Source: a bacterium (GTDB lineage Bacteria > UBA8248). Taken from it: a DNA stretch of 64,000 bases. Both the position numbers and the translations under genes were made by a program. This document shows, piece after piece, positions 19,318 to 30,053 of the stretch (position 1 is the first letter of the stretch; each line of letters opens with the position of its first letter). Under the pieces are notes generated by a model. It did no database searches. It was not told where the DNA came from and was given only the letters and a program-made list of their open reading frames with translations. The stretch lies in assembly GCA_965213625.1 (NCBI GenBank), contig CBDBZU010000004.1, forward strand, positions 416,001-480,000, in the 5' to 3' direction.

Positions 19318-20091
19318 ATGAACGGATATATTTCGGTAACGAACCTGGAGAAGGAATACGTCACCGCGAGCCGCGAGATCGTGCACGCCCTGACGGATAT
19401 CAACTTCGAGATCGCGGAGGGCGAGTTCGTCTCCGTCGTCGGTCCGAGCGGCTGCGGCAAGAGCACGTTGTTGAAAATACTGGGCGGCCTGCTCGCCAAG
19501 ACGTCGGGCGCCTGCTCGCTCAAGGACACGCCCATCGACGGCCCGCGAAACGACGTGGGCATCGTCTTTCAGGACCCGGTGCTGCTCCTCTGGCGGAACG
19601 TGCTCCAGAACACCATGCTGCCCGCCGAGATTCTGGGGCTGGACGCGAAGAAAACACTTCCGCGCGCGCACGACCTCATCCGCCTCGTGGGGCTGGACGG
19701 CTTCGAGGACAAGTACCCCCATGAACTCTCGGGCGGCATGCGCCAGCGTAACGCCATCATCCGAGCGCTCATCCACGACCCGAACGTCCTGCTGATGGAC
19801 GAGCCCTTCGGCGCGCTCGACGCCATGACGCGCGAGCAGATGAACCTGGAACTCCAGCGAATCTGGCTGGAGAGCAAGAAGACCGTCTTCTTCATCACCC
19901 ACTCCATCCCCGAGGCCGTTTTCCTGGGCGACAGGGTGATCGTCATGACGCCGAGGCCGGGCCGAATATCGGAGATCATCACCGTCGACATCCCCCGCCC
20001 GCGCTCGCTCTCCACCATGGGCGATGAGATGTTCGTCGAACTCACGCAGAGAATCCGAAACCTCCTCTACGTGGAAGGTTCCCTGGATTAG
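19318..20091 (+). CDS. ABC transporter ATP-binding protein (NitT/TauT family)
   Basis: Walker A GPSGCGKST, LSGGM, LLMDEPFGALD. Confidence 0.95.
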   Translation: MNGYISVTNLEKEYVTASREIVHALTDINFEIAEGEFVSVVGPSGCGKSTLLKILGGLLAKTSGACSLKDTPIDGPRNDVGIVFQDPVLLLWRNVLQNTMLPAEILGLDAKKTLPRAHDLIRLVGLDGFEDKYPHELSGGMRQRNAIIRALIHDPNVLLMDEPFGALDAMTREQMNLELQRIWLESKKTVFFITHSIPEAVFLGDRVIVMTPRPGRISEIITVDIPRPRSLSTMGDEMFVELTQRIRNLLYVEGSLD

Positions 20092-20128
20092 ATCAACCAC
20101 CGGAAACACAGCCTGAGGAGCGCACCGA

Positions 20129-20932
20129 ATGGAGAAACTCATCATCACCAACTGCGCGGCGGATACCCGGAAGCACTCGGGCGTCCCCAAGCGGCTCCAG
20201 ACGCCCGACGCCGTCGCCAAAGAGATCAAGGAAAGCTACGACGCCGGCGCGGCCATCGCCCACATCCACGGCATCCCCATGAAGCTCGAAAGCTGGGAGC
20301 CGCTCACGAACGCGGTGCGCGAGGCCTGCCCCGAGGTACTAATCCAGTTCGGTATCGCCGCGATGGGCCTGCCGGGAAGACAGAAGATCATCCACTTGAA
20401 GCCGGATATGGCCTCCATCGCCTTAGGATCCCATGATTTCGCCTTCGTGGATGCCGACCTCCTCGTCGAACACTCCCGCCAGGAGATAGAAGACCAAGTG
20501 CGCCTGTTCAACGACCACGGCGTGAAGCCCGAGTTCGAGTGCTTCAACCTCGGCCACCTGTGGAACCTGGAGTGGCTGCTGGACAAGGGGCTGGTGGAAG
20601 ACCCCGTCGTCATCACCATCTTCTTCGGCTGGCCGGGCGGATTTTACGCCCCCGCCACGCTCAAGGAGCTTCTCCACCGCATCGACCACCTGCCCGAGGG
20701 CTGCGTGTTCTCGTGCAGTTCGGCGGGCCCGACTTCGAACGCGCTCGAGACCGTCACCATCATCGAGGGCGGCCACGTGCGCGTGGGCACCGAGGACGAG
20801 CCCTACTACACCGAGGGCGTGCTGTGCGAGAACAACGCGCAATTGGTCGCGCGCATCGCGCGGATCGGCCACGAACTCGGGCGCGACCCGGCCACGGTGG
20901 ATGAGGCGAAGAAAATACTCGGCATGGACTAG
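20129..20932 (+). CDS. Beta-keto acid cleavage enzyme (BKACE/DUF849 family), paralog 1
   Basis: AGAAIAHIH, VKPEFECF, GGHVRVGTED, NAQLV. Confidence 0.88.
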   Translation: MEKLIITNCAADTRKHSGVPKRLQTPDAVAKEIKESYDAGAAIAHIHGIPMKLESWEPLTNAVREACPEVLIQFGIAAMGLPGRQKIIHLKPDMASIALGSHDFAFVDADLLVEHSRQEIEDQVRLFNDHGVKPEFECFNLGHLWNLEWLLDKGLVEDPVVITIFFGWPGGFYAPATLKELLHRIDHLPEGCVFSCSSAGPTSNALETVTIIEGGHVRVGTEDEPYYTEGVLCENNAQLVARIARIGHELGRDPATVDEAKKILGMD

Positions 20933-20964
20933 ACGGAATTTCAGGCATCATAAAGGAGCGTTTC

Positions 20965-21759
20965 ATGGATAAGATGATGATCATCAACTGCGCGGCGGAC
21001 ACCTCGATGCACGAGGGCGTGCCGCAGCGTTTCGCGGATTCTGAAGTCCTCGCCGACTCTGTGGAAAAGGCTTATGAGTCGGGCGCTTCCACCGCCCACA
21101 TCCATGCGCCGCCCACGAACTACGAGGCCTGGGCGTCTCACTCCAAGGCCATCAGGGACAGGTGCGGAATCATGCTCCAGTACGGCATCTCCACCCAGAC
21201 GGTCGAGCAGCGAAAAGAAGTGGTCAAGAACCATCCCGAGATGATGTCCGTCGCCGTGGGTGCGCACAACATGGCGTTTATCGCGCGCGACGTGATGATG
21301 CTCCACCCCCGCGAGGAATTGGCCGAGATGATGCGGCTGTGCAGGGACTACAACGTGAAGCCCGAGTTCGAGGTCTTCACTCTGGGTGAGACCTGGATGA
21401 TCGACGACCTGCTCCAAAAAGGGCTTCTCGAGCCGCCCGTTCTCATGACGTGCTTCTTCGGGCGTCCGGGTGGGGCGTGGTCGCCGCCCTCGCTGAGTGA
21501 GTTTTTGCACCGCGTCTCGAACCTGCCCGCGGATTCGGTCTACATCACGAGCGCCACCGGCCCCACGCACATCCACATGCAGACGATGGCGGTCATGCAC
21601 GGCGGCCACGTGCGCGTAGGCACGGAGGATGAGCCCTATCTCCACCCCGGCGAACTGGGCGACAACGCCGATCACGTCGCGCGCATCGCGCGTATCGCGG
21701 GCGAGATGGGCCGCGAAATCGCGAGCGTGGACGAGGCGAAAGCGATGATAGGAATTTGA
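20965..21759 (+). CDS. Beta-keto acid cleavage enzyme (BKACE/DUF849 family), paralog 2
   Basis: GASTAHIH, VKPEFEVF, GGHVRVGTED. Confidence 0.88.
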   Translation: MDKMMIINCAADTSMHEGVPQRFADSEVLADSVEKAYESGASTAHIHAPPTNYEAWASHSKAIRDRCGIMLQYGISTQTVEQRKEVVKNHPEMMSVAVGAHNMAFIARDVMMLHPREELAEMMRLCRDYNVKPEFEVFTLGETWMIDDLLQKGLLEPPVLMTCFFGRPGGAWSPPSLSEFLHRVSNLPADSVYITSATGPTHIHMQTMAVMHGGHVRVGTEDEPYLHPGELGDNADHVARIARIAGEMGREIASVDEAKAMIGI

Positions 21760-21797
21760 CGGCTTCTTTTCCCAATATTTCTGAGGATTATTAAAAC

Positions 21798-23483
21798 ATG
21801 CCCAAGATGAGCGGGGCGCAGTTCATGGCTGACGCCCTCCACGCCTACGGCGTCACCCACATATTCTTCGTGCCGACGATACTGAGCCACTCCCTCGCCC
21901 AGATGGATGAGCGCGGCACGGGCATCGCCCGCGTCCTGACGCACGGGGAGAAGGCCGCGGCCTACATGGCGGACGGCTACGCGCGCGCCTCGGGCCGCCC
22001 CGGCGTCTGCATGGCGCAAATCGTCGGCGGCGTGAACCTCGCAGCCGGGCTGCGCGACGCCCACCTGGCCTGCGCACCCCTCATCGCGTTTACGGGCGGC
22101 ACCACGCCGCAGATCCGCTACCGGAACGCCTATCAGGAAACGGAGGACATCAGCGCGTTCGACCCGGTCACCAAGTTCAACGCCACGGTGGATGACGTCA
22201 CGCGCTTTCCCGATCTGCTCCGTCAAGCCTTCCGCGTCGCCACCTCGGGCACGCCTGGTCCCGTGCACCTGCGCTTCGGCGGGAATTTGGGGCAGGTGGA
22301 GCAGGACGTGGCCGATCTGGAATTGATCGTCGAGGAGAACTTCAAACAGGTCCCCGCCTACCGGCCCGAACCGGAACCTGCAAGCATCACACATGCGCTG
22401 GAGGTAATCGCGAAAGCCGAGCGGCCCATCATCGTCGCGGGCGGCGGCGTCAGGACATCGGGCGCGAACGCCGAGTTGGTGGCGCTTGCCGAGAAGCTGC
22501 AGATTCCCGTCGCCACCTCCATGAACGGCAAGGAATCGATTCCGGGCGATCATCCCCTCTCGGTCGGCGTGGTGGGGACGTATTCCAGACGAAGCGCGAA
22601 CGAACTCGTGTCGGAAGCCGATCTCGTATTTTTCATCGGCACTCAGACGGGCGGCATGACCACCCACTTCTGGCGCGTACCCAAAATCGGCGTCAAGGCG
22701 GTTCAACTCGACATCGACCCCGAAGAACTCGGGCGCAACTACCCGCTCGAGGCCTCCATCATGGGCGATGCGAAAATTTCGCTCGGAAAACTCATCGAAG
22801 CGGCGGAAGAAGTCCCCGCGCGCGCGGCGTGGCTATCGCGCGTGGAGCAGGTGGGCGCGGCGTGGCGGGCGGAGTTCGCGCCGCTGCTGAACTCGGACGC
22901 CTCGCCCATGCGGCCCGAACGCGTCTGCAAGACGCTGGGCGAGCACCTGCCGTCTGACGCCATTGTCCTCGCCGACACCGGGCATTCGGGCATGTGGACG
23001 GGCGGCTACCTCGACCTCAAAAGCCCTGACGTCAGCTTCATCCGCGCGGCGGGCCACCTGGGCTGGGGATTCCCCGCCGCCTTGGGGGCCAAGTGCGGCG
23101 CGCCCGAGCGTCCCGTGGTCATCTTCACTGGGGATGCGGGTTTCTGGTACCACATCGGCGAAGTCGAGACCGCCGTGCGCTGGGGCATCAACGCCGTCAT
23201 CCTCGTGAACAACAACGGCTCCCAGAACCAGGAGACCAAGATTTTCGACGACGCCTACGGCGGGGAGCAGCACGGCAAGGCCCACGAACTCTGGCACTTC
23301 AACCAGACGAATTTTACAGAAATCGCCAAATCCATGGGCGCCGCGAGCATCCGCGTGGAAAAACCGGGCGAACTCGGAAGCGCGCTCGATCAGGCCTTCA
23401 GCATGAAGGGAGGCCCCGTCATCCTCGACGTCGTGACGGACATCGAAGCCCTCGCGCCGGGGGCTTATGGGCCGCCTGATTAG
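21798..23483 (+). CDS. Thiamine-diphosphate-dependent enzyme (acetolactate synthase-like family)
   Basis: HGEKAAAYMADGYARASG, TGDAGF...NN ThDP-binding motif. Confidence 0.92.
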   Translation: MPKMSGAQFMADALHAYGVTHIFFVPTILSHSLAQMDERGTGIARVLTHGEKAAAYMADGYARASGRPGVCMAQIVGGVNLAAGLRDAHLACAPLIAFTGGTTPQIRYRNAYQETEDISAFDPVTKFNATVDDVTRFPDLLRQAFRVATSGTPGPVHLRFGGNLGQVEQDVADLELIVEENFKQVPAYRPEPEPASITHALEVIAKAERPIIVAGGGVRTSGANAELVALAEKLQIPVATSMNGKESIPGDHPLSVGVVGTYSRRSANELVSEADLVFFIGTQTGGMTTHFWRVPKIGVKAVQLDIDPEELGRNYPLEASIMGDAKISLGKLIEAAEEVPARAAWLSRVEQVGAAWRAEFAPLLNSDASPMRPERVCKTLGEHLPSDAIVLADTGHSGMWTGGYLDLKSPDVSFIRAAGHLGWGFPAALGAKCGAPERPVVIFTGDAGFWYHIGEVETAVRWGINAVILVNNNGSQNQETKIFDDAYGGEQHGKAHELWHFNQTNFTEIAKSMGAASIRVEKPGELGSALDQAFSMKGGPVILDVVTDIEALAPGAYGPPD

Positions 23484-24796
23484 GGGTAAAAGTTGTCAAT
23501 TTGAGCCGCAATTTTGGGAAGTATCTCCATCGCATGCCCCTTTGTTTCTCTCTTCACAGAATCAGTAAATTCAGTCTCTGTCATTTCATCTTCAGGACGG
23601 TCAAAAAGAAGGCGCCACCAATTAGCGAAATGAGGAGAAACGTCTTCCTGAGGCCAACTATCAAACCCAAAGAACTCATTGATCTCATCCCAGGTTGCTT
23701 TTGATGAAGCGATTTTATCGTATAATTCCGGAGCACAATGCCGAATAATACAGATACCCGACACTAAGACAGGATTGCCACCGCCTGAAGAGGCCCCTGC
23801 ATAATACAAGGCGATATTCGTCATTATTTTTTCTACCGTTCTCAACGAAACATGACGATTTTGAATAATACATTCGAGAGAATCTGAAAAACCTTGATGC
23901 TTGTGAGGATCCATCGGAAGCAAATTTAACTCACCCCACAGATAAGTAATATATTCTCTTGTTTCCGTACCTGTTAACATTGACGAAGCTGAAAACCTAA
24001 GACGCACATCGTAGAATTTTTCAAGATAAGTGAGAGCATGTTCCTCGTCGCCTAGGCCGTGTGTGTTCTGAAAAATTTTTGCCAACTGCGGAAGATGTGC
24101 CGACAGCACGAAGTGAATGCCCGACACAGCGAAAATGTGTTTTATCTTCTCGATAAGTTCCACAGCAAAAGAAGGTCGGCACCGGTCAAGCTCATCGACA
24201 ATCAAGACGAGCGGCATTCCTTCTTCGGCTGACATTCCCTTCGCCAATTTCTCAAGCGCCTCCCGAAAAGAAGATAGAAGCTCTGCATCGGCTTCCGCAG
24301 ATTTCAGGCGCTCCTCAATAATTTCTGAAATGTCATCTATCGGGGCTTCACTCAGTTTCTTGACATCTTCAAGCGATATTTCACCCGAGCTAATTTTGTT
24401 TATCGCAATTTGAGCAATGATAGAGAGAGAGGCCTTCCCTAGTGATTTCGCACTTTCAAGGAAATTCGCGCGGGTGTTATCTTCGGGCAATTTTACTTTC
24501 TGGGCAGCAGCGAATATCTCTGCTGACAGGGCGATGAATGGGTCAGTTTGGTAGTCCCGAGCGAAAGCATCGAATTCAATCACGGGAATATTGGCGGTTC
24601 TCAACTCACCCGCCCACTGTTTCAGGAACGTGGTCTTTCCGCTTCCCCATTCACCATCCAGCAAAAAGACGATCGGGTCTTCTATATTCTTGACAAGATT
24701 TGTAAGACGACCAGAAAAGTCTTTACGCCAAAAACGATCATTTTCCATAAAGCCAGTTTTTTCACCAATTTCAAGAGGTCTCGGCTTGATTCTCAT
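23480..24796 (-). CDS. KAP-family P-loop NTPase
   Basis: Walker A GEWGSGKT, Walker B LIVDELDRC, YLEKF motif; RBS AGGAGG; visibly AT-richer than flanks. Confidence 0.88.
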   Translation of the reverse strand: MRIKPRPLEIGEKTGFMENDRFWRKDFSGRLTNLVKNIEDPIVFLLDGEWGSGKTTFLKQWAGELRTANIPVIEFDAFARDYQTDPFIALSAEIFAAAQKVKLPEDNTRANFLESAKSLGKASLSIIAQIAINKISSGEISLEDVKKLSEAPIDDISEIIEERLKSAEADAELLSSFREALEKLAKGMSAEEGMPLVLIVDELDRCRPSFAVELIEKIKHIFAVSGIHFVLSAHLPQLAKIFQNTHGLGDEEHALTYLEKFYDVRLRFSASSMLTGTETREYITYLWGELNLLPMDPHKHQGFSDSLECIIQNRHVSLRTVEKIMTNIALYYAGASSGGGNPVLVSGICIIRHCAPELYDKIASSKATWDEINEFFGFDSWPQEDVSPHFANWWRLLFDRPEDEMTETEFTDSVKRETKGHAMEILPKIAAQIDNFYP

Positions 24797-24992
24797 GAAC
24801 CTGTTTCCTCCTAACAAACATCTATTTTTTAGTTAATCCGTCGCTCCCTACGCTGGGTACGCATCTTTCCTACAATACATGCAGGAGCACAACCACTGAT
24901 CTCACATGAGTGCGAGTTACCCTTAATGGGGTCGTTGAAAAAGCTCTGATTTCTAGATTAGTCGTATGTAACCGACCAGTGAGAGAGAAAAT

Positions 24993-25154
24993 CACTCCCC
25001 CCTTGAGGGGGAGTCGGTGAGGTAAGGGGGGTTTATCACGAAACCGAACCGGTGGGGGGTATAATTCGGAATGACAATAAACGCGTTTTACCCCCCACCG
25101 GCGCGACTTCGGACTACGTCCTTGTCTTGCCGACTCCCCCTCAAGGGGGGAGTG
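24993..25154. repeat. Family D inverted repeat pair (CACTCCCCCCTTGAGGGGGAGTC ... GACTCCCCCTCAAGGGGGGAGTG)
   Basis: Second full copy at 55090-55240; partial copies near 2527 and 14548. Confidence 0.85.
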
Positions 25155-25246
25155 GTTGTTGGTCGCTCTACAAGGGGCGAAGCCATTTCATAAGCGCATA
25201 TCGCTCAAGAAATCTATTCTCTGTTTTTGGGGGATTCCCCACCCAC

Positions 25247-26035
25247 CTAATGCGACAATATCTGGCTCAGGAAGAGTTTCGTGCGGTCCGATTGGGGTCG
25301 GTAGAAGAATTCTTCGGGCTCGTTCTGCTCGATAATCTGGCCCTCGTCCATGAAGATGACCCGGTGGGCGACCTGGCGCGCGAAGCCCATCTCGTGCGTC
25401 ACGACCAGCATCGTCATCTCGGTCTCGGCGAGTTCGACCATCACGTCGAGCACTTCCTTGATCATCTCAGGATCGAGCGCGGAAGTGGGTTCGTCGAAGA
25501 GCATGATCTTGGGCCGCATGCAGAGCGAGCGCGCAATGGCGACGCGCTGCTGCTGGCCGCCCGATAGCTGGCCGGGGAATTTCAGGGCCTGCTCGGGAAT
25601 CTTGACGCGCGTCAGGTATTCCATCGCGAGCTCTTCCGCCTCGGCCCTCGGCGTCTTGCGCACCCAGATGGGCGCGAGCGTGCAGTTTTCCAGCACCGTC
25701 AAGTGCGGGAAAAGGTTGAACTGCTGGAACAGCATGCCGACTTCCCGGCGCACGTTGTCGATTTGCTTCAAGTCTCCGGTCAACTCGATGCCTTGGACCA
25801 CGATGGCGCCTTTCTGGTGTTCTTCCAGGCGGTTGATGCAGCGGATGAGCGTCGATTTGCCCGAACCCGAGGGCCCGCATATGACGATGCGCTCGCCACG
25901 ATAGACGGTGAGGTCGATGTCGCGCAGGACGTGAAACTGGCCGAACCACTTGTTCATGCCCTCGATGCGGATAATCGGCTCGTTCGAGAGGGTTTCCGTA
26001 TTCACCGCCCCGGCTTCGCCCGCGTTTTCACTCAT
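25247..26035 (-). CDS. aapP: General L-amino acid ABC transporter ATP-binding protein (AapP/BztD-like)
   Basis: [33 protein letters not shown]. Confidence 0.9.
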   Translation of the reverse strand: MSENAGEAGAVNTETLSNEPIIRIEGMNKWFGQFHVLRDIDLTVYRGERIVICGPSGSGKSTLIRCINRLEEHQKGAIVVQGIELTGDLKQIDNVRREVGMLFQQFNLFPHLTVLENCTLAPIWVRKTPRAEAEELAMEYLTRVKIPEQALKFPGQLSGGQQQRVAIARSLCMRPKIMLFDEPTSALDPEMIKEVLDVMVELAETEMTMLVVTHEMGFARQVAHRVIFMDEGQIIEQNEPEEFFYRPQSDRTKLFLSQILSH

Positions 26036-26052
26036 GAGTCGTTTCCTCCCGC

Positions 26053-27183
26053 TTAATTTCGGTGGCCCGTGTCGAGCTTGCGCTCGAGCCACATACTGTA
26101 GCGCGACATGCTGAAACAGAAGATGAAATAGATGACGGCCGCAAAGATGTAGGATTCATGCTCGAGACCCAGCCATTTGGGGTCTGTCACCGCCGAGCGG
26201 GCCACGAGCAGCAGGTCGAACAGCCCGATGATCGAGACCAGCGCCGTATCCTTGAACAGGGCGATGAAGGTGTTGACGATGCCCGGAATCACGATTTTGA
26301 GCGCCTGGGGCAGGATGATGAGCTGCATCGACTTCCAGTAGTTCAGTCCCAGCGCCATGGCCGCCTCGGTCTGGCCCTTCGGAAGAGCCTGCAGCCCGCC
26401 GCGCACCACCTCGGCCATATAGGCGGAGGCGAACATGATGAACCCTATCAGGGCGCGCAGCAGTTCGTTGGCGTTCACCCCCTCGGGCGTGAACAGCGGC
26501 AGCATGAACGACGCCATGAAGAGCACGGTGATGAGCGGCACCGAGCGCCACAGTTCGATGAAGGCGATGCAGATCGTGCGGATGACGGGCATCTCCGATC
26601 GCCGCCCGAGCGCCAGCAGAACGCCTATCGGCAGGGAGAACAATATGGCGACCGCGGCGAACACCAGCGTGAGCGTCAGGCCGCCCCACTTGTGCGTCGG
26701 CACGCTCTCCAGGCCGAAGGCGCCGTGGAGCAGAACGAAGGCGACGATGGGGAAGCCGAATACCAGGAAAAGCGCCGCGAAGGTGCGGCCCGGCACCCTG
26801 TCGGACAGCACCGGCAAGAGGTTCACGCAGAACAGGATGAAGGTGAGGTTCACCCGCCAGCGCTCGGGCTCGGGGTAGAAGCCGTAGATGTACTGCCCGA
26901 ACCGTTTCGGCACCAGAACCCAGCAGGCCCCCGCAATCCCCCGGCAATCCTTGTTGGACTCACCCTCCAAGAGCGAGTCGATGAAGGCCCACTCGAACAG
27001 CGGCGGCACGACCAGATAAAGTAGATAGAACGTCAGCAGCGTGAGCGCCGTATTGGCCGGCGAGGAGAACAGGTTCGCCCGCATCCAGCCGGCTACGCCC
27101 GCGGTCGAGACCGGCGGCGCCGCCTCGGGAATATTCTCCGTGCGGACGAAGCTCCTGTCCGGATTGTTGGCTATATCGCTCAT
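26053..27183 (-). CDS. aapM: General L-amino acid ABC transporter permease (AapM/BztC-like)
   Basis: [26 protein letters not shown]. Confidence 0.9.
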   Translation of the reverse strand: MSDIANNPDRSFVRTENIPEAAPPVSTAGVAGWMRANLFSSPANTALTLLTFYLLYLVVPPLFEWAFIDSLLEGESNKDCRGIAGACWVLVPKRFGQYIYGFYPEPERWRVNLTFILFCVNLLPVLSDRVPGRTFAALFLVFGFPIVAFVLLHGAFGLESVPTHKWGGLTLTLVFAAVAILFSLPIGVLLALGRRSEMPVIRTICIAFIELWRSVPLITVLFMASFMLPLFTPEGVNANELLRALIGFIMFASAYMAEVVRGGLQALPKGQTEAAMALGLNYWKSMQLIILPQALKIVIPGIVNTFIALFKDTALVSIIGLFDLLLVARSAVTDPKWLGLEHESYIFAAVIYFIFCFSMSRYSMWLERKLDTGHRN

Positions 27184-27187
27184 GGCC

Positions 27188-28387
27188 TCATCTCTCCACC
27201 AGCGATATGCGCCGGTTGTACCAGTTCATGTAGAGCGATATCAGGAGGCTGAAGGTGAGATACACCACCATGCACATAGCGATGATCTCGAGGGCCTGGC
27301 CGGTCTGGTTCAGCGAGATGCCGCCGAAGACGTTGAACAGATCGGGGTAGCCGATGGCGATGCCGAGGGATGAGTTCTTCGTCAGGTTCAGGTACTGGCT
27401 CACCAGCGGCGGCACGATGACCCGGAGCGCCTGGGGAATGATGACGAGCCTGAGCGTCGGCCCCGGCCGCACCCCCAGGGAATAGGAGGCTTCGCGCTGG
27501 CCGCGCGAGACGGCGAGAATGCCTGCGCGCACGATCTCGGCGATGAACGATGAGGTGTAGACAGTGAGCGCGGCCAGCGAAGCGAACAGCTCTATCTGGA
27601 TTTCCAGGCCGCCCGTGAAGCGGAAACGGCCAAGCTCCGCGTATTCCCAGGCCAGCGGAAAACCGGTCGCAACCGAGGCGAGCAGCGGCGCGCCGATGAG
27701 GACGCCGAGCGACGCCCAGAAGACGGGGAACTGCTCTCCGGTCGCGTCCTGGCGCCTGCGCGCCCATTTTTTGAGATAGATAATCGCCGCGATGGCGACG
27801 AAGACCGATGCCACGACCACCATAAAGCCCGGCTGGGGGAGCGGCTTCGGGATCGTGAGGCCGCGGTTGTGGATAAAGATCGTTCCGAACGGCGATATGG
27901 CCTGGCGCACCAGGGGCAGCGACTGAAAGACGGCGAAGTGCCAGAATAGAAAATGCAGCAGGAGCGGCACGTTGCGCACCGACTCGATATACACTCCCAC
28001 CAGTTTCGAGACCAGCCAGTTGTTCGAGAGCCTGAGCACGCCGAGAATGAAGCCCAGAATCGTCGCAAGCACGATGCCCAGGACCGAGATGAGGAGCGTG
28101 TTGAGCAGACCGACGATGAATACCGCCCCGTGGGTCGAGCCCGCCTCGACGGAGTAGGGAATGAGCGTGAGCGGAATCTCGAAGCCTGCCGGGTTATTGA
28201 GGAAATCGAACCCCGTCTTGATGTTGCGTTTTTCGAGGTTGATGAGCGTGTTGTTGATCAGGTAGAGGGCAAGGCCGATGAGAGCCAACACGAAGGCGAC
28301 CTGAAAGGCGATTGACCGGACTTTCGGGTCGTACCACCAACTGGCGGCGCTTGGCCGCGCGCCTGCTTGTTGAGAGTCTACCGCCAT
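27188..28387 (-). CDS. aapQ: General L-amino acid ABC transporter permease (AapQ/BztB-like)
   Basis: GFDFL...AGF, VGLLNTL, YLNLTKNSSL, NQTGQA. Confidence 0.9.
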   Translation of the reverse strand: MAVDSQQAGARPSAASWWYDPKVRSIAFQVAFVLALIGLALYLINNTLINLEKRNIKTGFDFLNNPAGFEIPLTLIPYSVEAGSTHGAVFIVGLLNTLLISVLGIVLATILGFILGVLRLSNNWLVSKLVGVYIESVRNVPLLLHFLFWHFAVFQSLPLVRQAISPFGTIFIHNRGLTIPKPLPQPGFMVVVASVFVAIAAIIYLKKWARRRQDATGEQFPVFWASLGVLIGAPLLASVATGFPLAWEYAELGRFRFTGGLEIQIELFASLAALTVYTSSFIAEIVRAGILAVSRGQREASYSLGVRPGPTLRLVIIPQALRVIVPPLVSQYLNLTKNSSLGIAIGYPDLFNVFGGISLNQTGQALEIIAMCMVVYLTFSLLISLYMNWYNRRISLVER

Positions 28388-28504
28388 ATCGAGCCCCCGG
28401 GGGTGCGACTTCGCCTGCGCGGTATCTTTGCTTCGAGAACGCGCCGCCCGTCCCCGGGGAAATCCCCGGAGCCGATGCGGTCTTATCTTACACGTTCAGT
28501 CGGC

Positions 28505-29530
28505 TTAGCGGAATGGAGGCGAGTAGAGAATGCCGCCCTTCGTCCAGAGCTGGTTGTAGCCGCGCGCAAGGCCAACGGCCGTCTTGGGGCCGATGTGGCG
28601 CTCGTAGATCTCGGAATAGTTGCCCACGCCCTTGATGACGTTGTAGGCCCAGTCCTTCGGGAGGCCGAGCATGCTGCCGAAATCGCCTTCCTGACCGAGC
28701 ATGCGTTTGATCTCGGGGTTGCTCGATTTCTTCATGGCGTCGACGTTCTTCGACGTAATGCCGAGTTCCTCGGCGACGATGAGCGCGTTGCGCACCCAGC
28801 GGGCGATGTCGCCCCACACGTTGTCACCATGACGCACGACGGGGCCCAGGGGCTCCTTCGAGATGATTTCGGGCAGAATCACGTGGTCGGCCGGGTTCTT
28901 GAGTACGGAGCGCTGGGCGGCCAGGCCGGAGCGGTCCGTCGTGTAGGCGTCGCAACGGTTGGCGGCGTAGTTCTGGCGCGCCTCGGCCGCGTCCTCGACG
29001 ACGACCGATTTGAACTTCATCTTGTTGCTGCGGAAAAAGTCCGCCAGGTTCAGCTCGGTCGTGGTTCCCGTCTGGATGCAGATCGAAGCGCCACCGAGTT
29101 CCTTGGCGCTCTTGACGCCGAGCGACTTGCGGGCGATGAAGCCCTGTCCGTCGTAGTACAGCACGCCCACGAACTCGAGGCCCAGGTTCACGTCGCGCTT
29201 GAAGGTCCACGTCGTGTTGCGCGAGAGGACGTCGATTTCACCCGATTGAAGCGCCGGGAAGCGCGTTTTGCCGGTCAGCGGCTTGTAGGTCACCTTGTCG
29301 GGATTGCCGAAAATCGCTGCGCTGATGCCGCGGCAGTAATCGACGTCGAAACCTCTCCAGACGCCCTTGTCGTCGGGCGCGGAGAATCCCGTCAGGCCGG
29401 TGTTGACGCCGCAGATGAGATTGCCGCGCTTTTTCACGGTCTCCAGTGTCGGGCTGGCGGCGAACGCGGCGCTTGCGATTACCGCCACGGCGGCAAACGC
29501 GCAAACTACGGTGAACAGGTGTTTTCTCAT
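28505..29530 (-). CDS. aapJ: General L-amino acid ABC transporter substrate-binding protein (AapJ/BztA-like)
   Basis: GFDVDYCR, LSRNTTWT, ISKEPLGP, VGNYSEIY, C-terminal YSPPFR. Confidence 0.92.
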   Translation of the reverse strand: MRKHLFTVVCAFAAVAVIASAAFAASPTLETVKKRGNLICGVNTGLTGFSAPDDKGVWRGFDVDYCRGISAAIFGNPDKVTYKPLTGKTRFPALQSGEIDVLSRNTTWTFKRDVNLGLEFVGVLYYDGQGFIARKSLGVKSAKELGGASICIQTGTTTELNLADFFRSNKMKFKSVVVEDAAEARQNYAANRCDAYTTDRSGLAAQRSVLKNPADHVILPEIISKEPLGPVVRHGDNVWGDIARWVRNALIVAEELGITSKNVDAMKKSSNPEIKRMLGQEGDFGSMLGLPKDWAYNVIKGVGNYSEIYERHIGPKTAVGLARGYNQLWTKGGILYSPPFR

Positions 29531-29759
29531 TGTAATTCTCTCCCTCGTGGGCCCTCGCGGGCATCTAGTAATTAAAGAAACGTCCTCTGTGAATGAGTCT
29601 AGTGTGGAAAGAAAAAAATAGCATGATGGGGATGCTCTCACAACCTTTTTTTCTGGCCTGCAGATGAAGATGGAGAATTTTCAGAATCAGCAGGAAAATA
29701 TGTCTGGTAGGTGCTGTTTCGTAACCGTCACTGTGACATCAAGCAACGTTGCCGTGAAC

Positions 29760-30047
29760 TCAAGCGCCAGGGCGAAGCCGAAGGCCCAGGGCGCGCATGA
29801 CCTTGAGCACGGTGGCGAACTCGGGATTCCCCTCGGGCGAGAGCGCCTTGTAGAGGCTCTCCCTGCCGAGACCGGTCTCGGCGGCGACCTTCGTCATCCC
29901 TCTGGCTCGCGCCGCGTCGCCCAACGCCGCCGCGATGAGCGCCGGGTCGCCATCTTCGAATGCCGCCTCGAGATAAAGAACGATATCCTCTTTGGTATTT
30001 AGATTATCCGCCGCATCCCACGGCTTGACCCTTGTATTCGTCATCAC
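29760..30047 (-). CDS. Addiction-module antitoxin (HI1420-like HTH)
   Basis: WDAAD.L, ARARGMTKVA, GLGRESLYKALSPEGNP. Confidence 0.92.
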   Translation of the reverse strand: MMTNTRVKPWDAADNLNTKEDIVLYLEAAFEDGDPALIAAALGDAARARGMTKVAAETGLGRESLYKALSPEGNPEFATVLKVMRALGLRLRPGA

Positions 30048-30053
30048 AAACTC

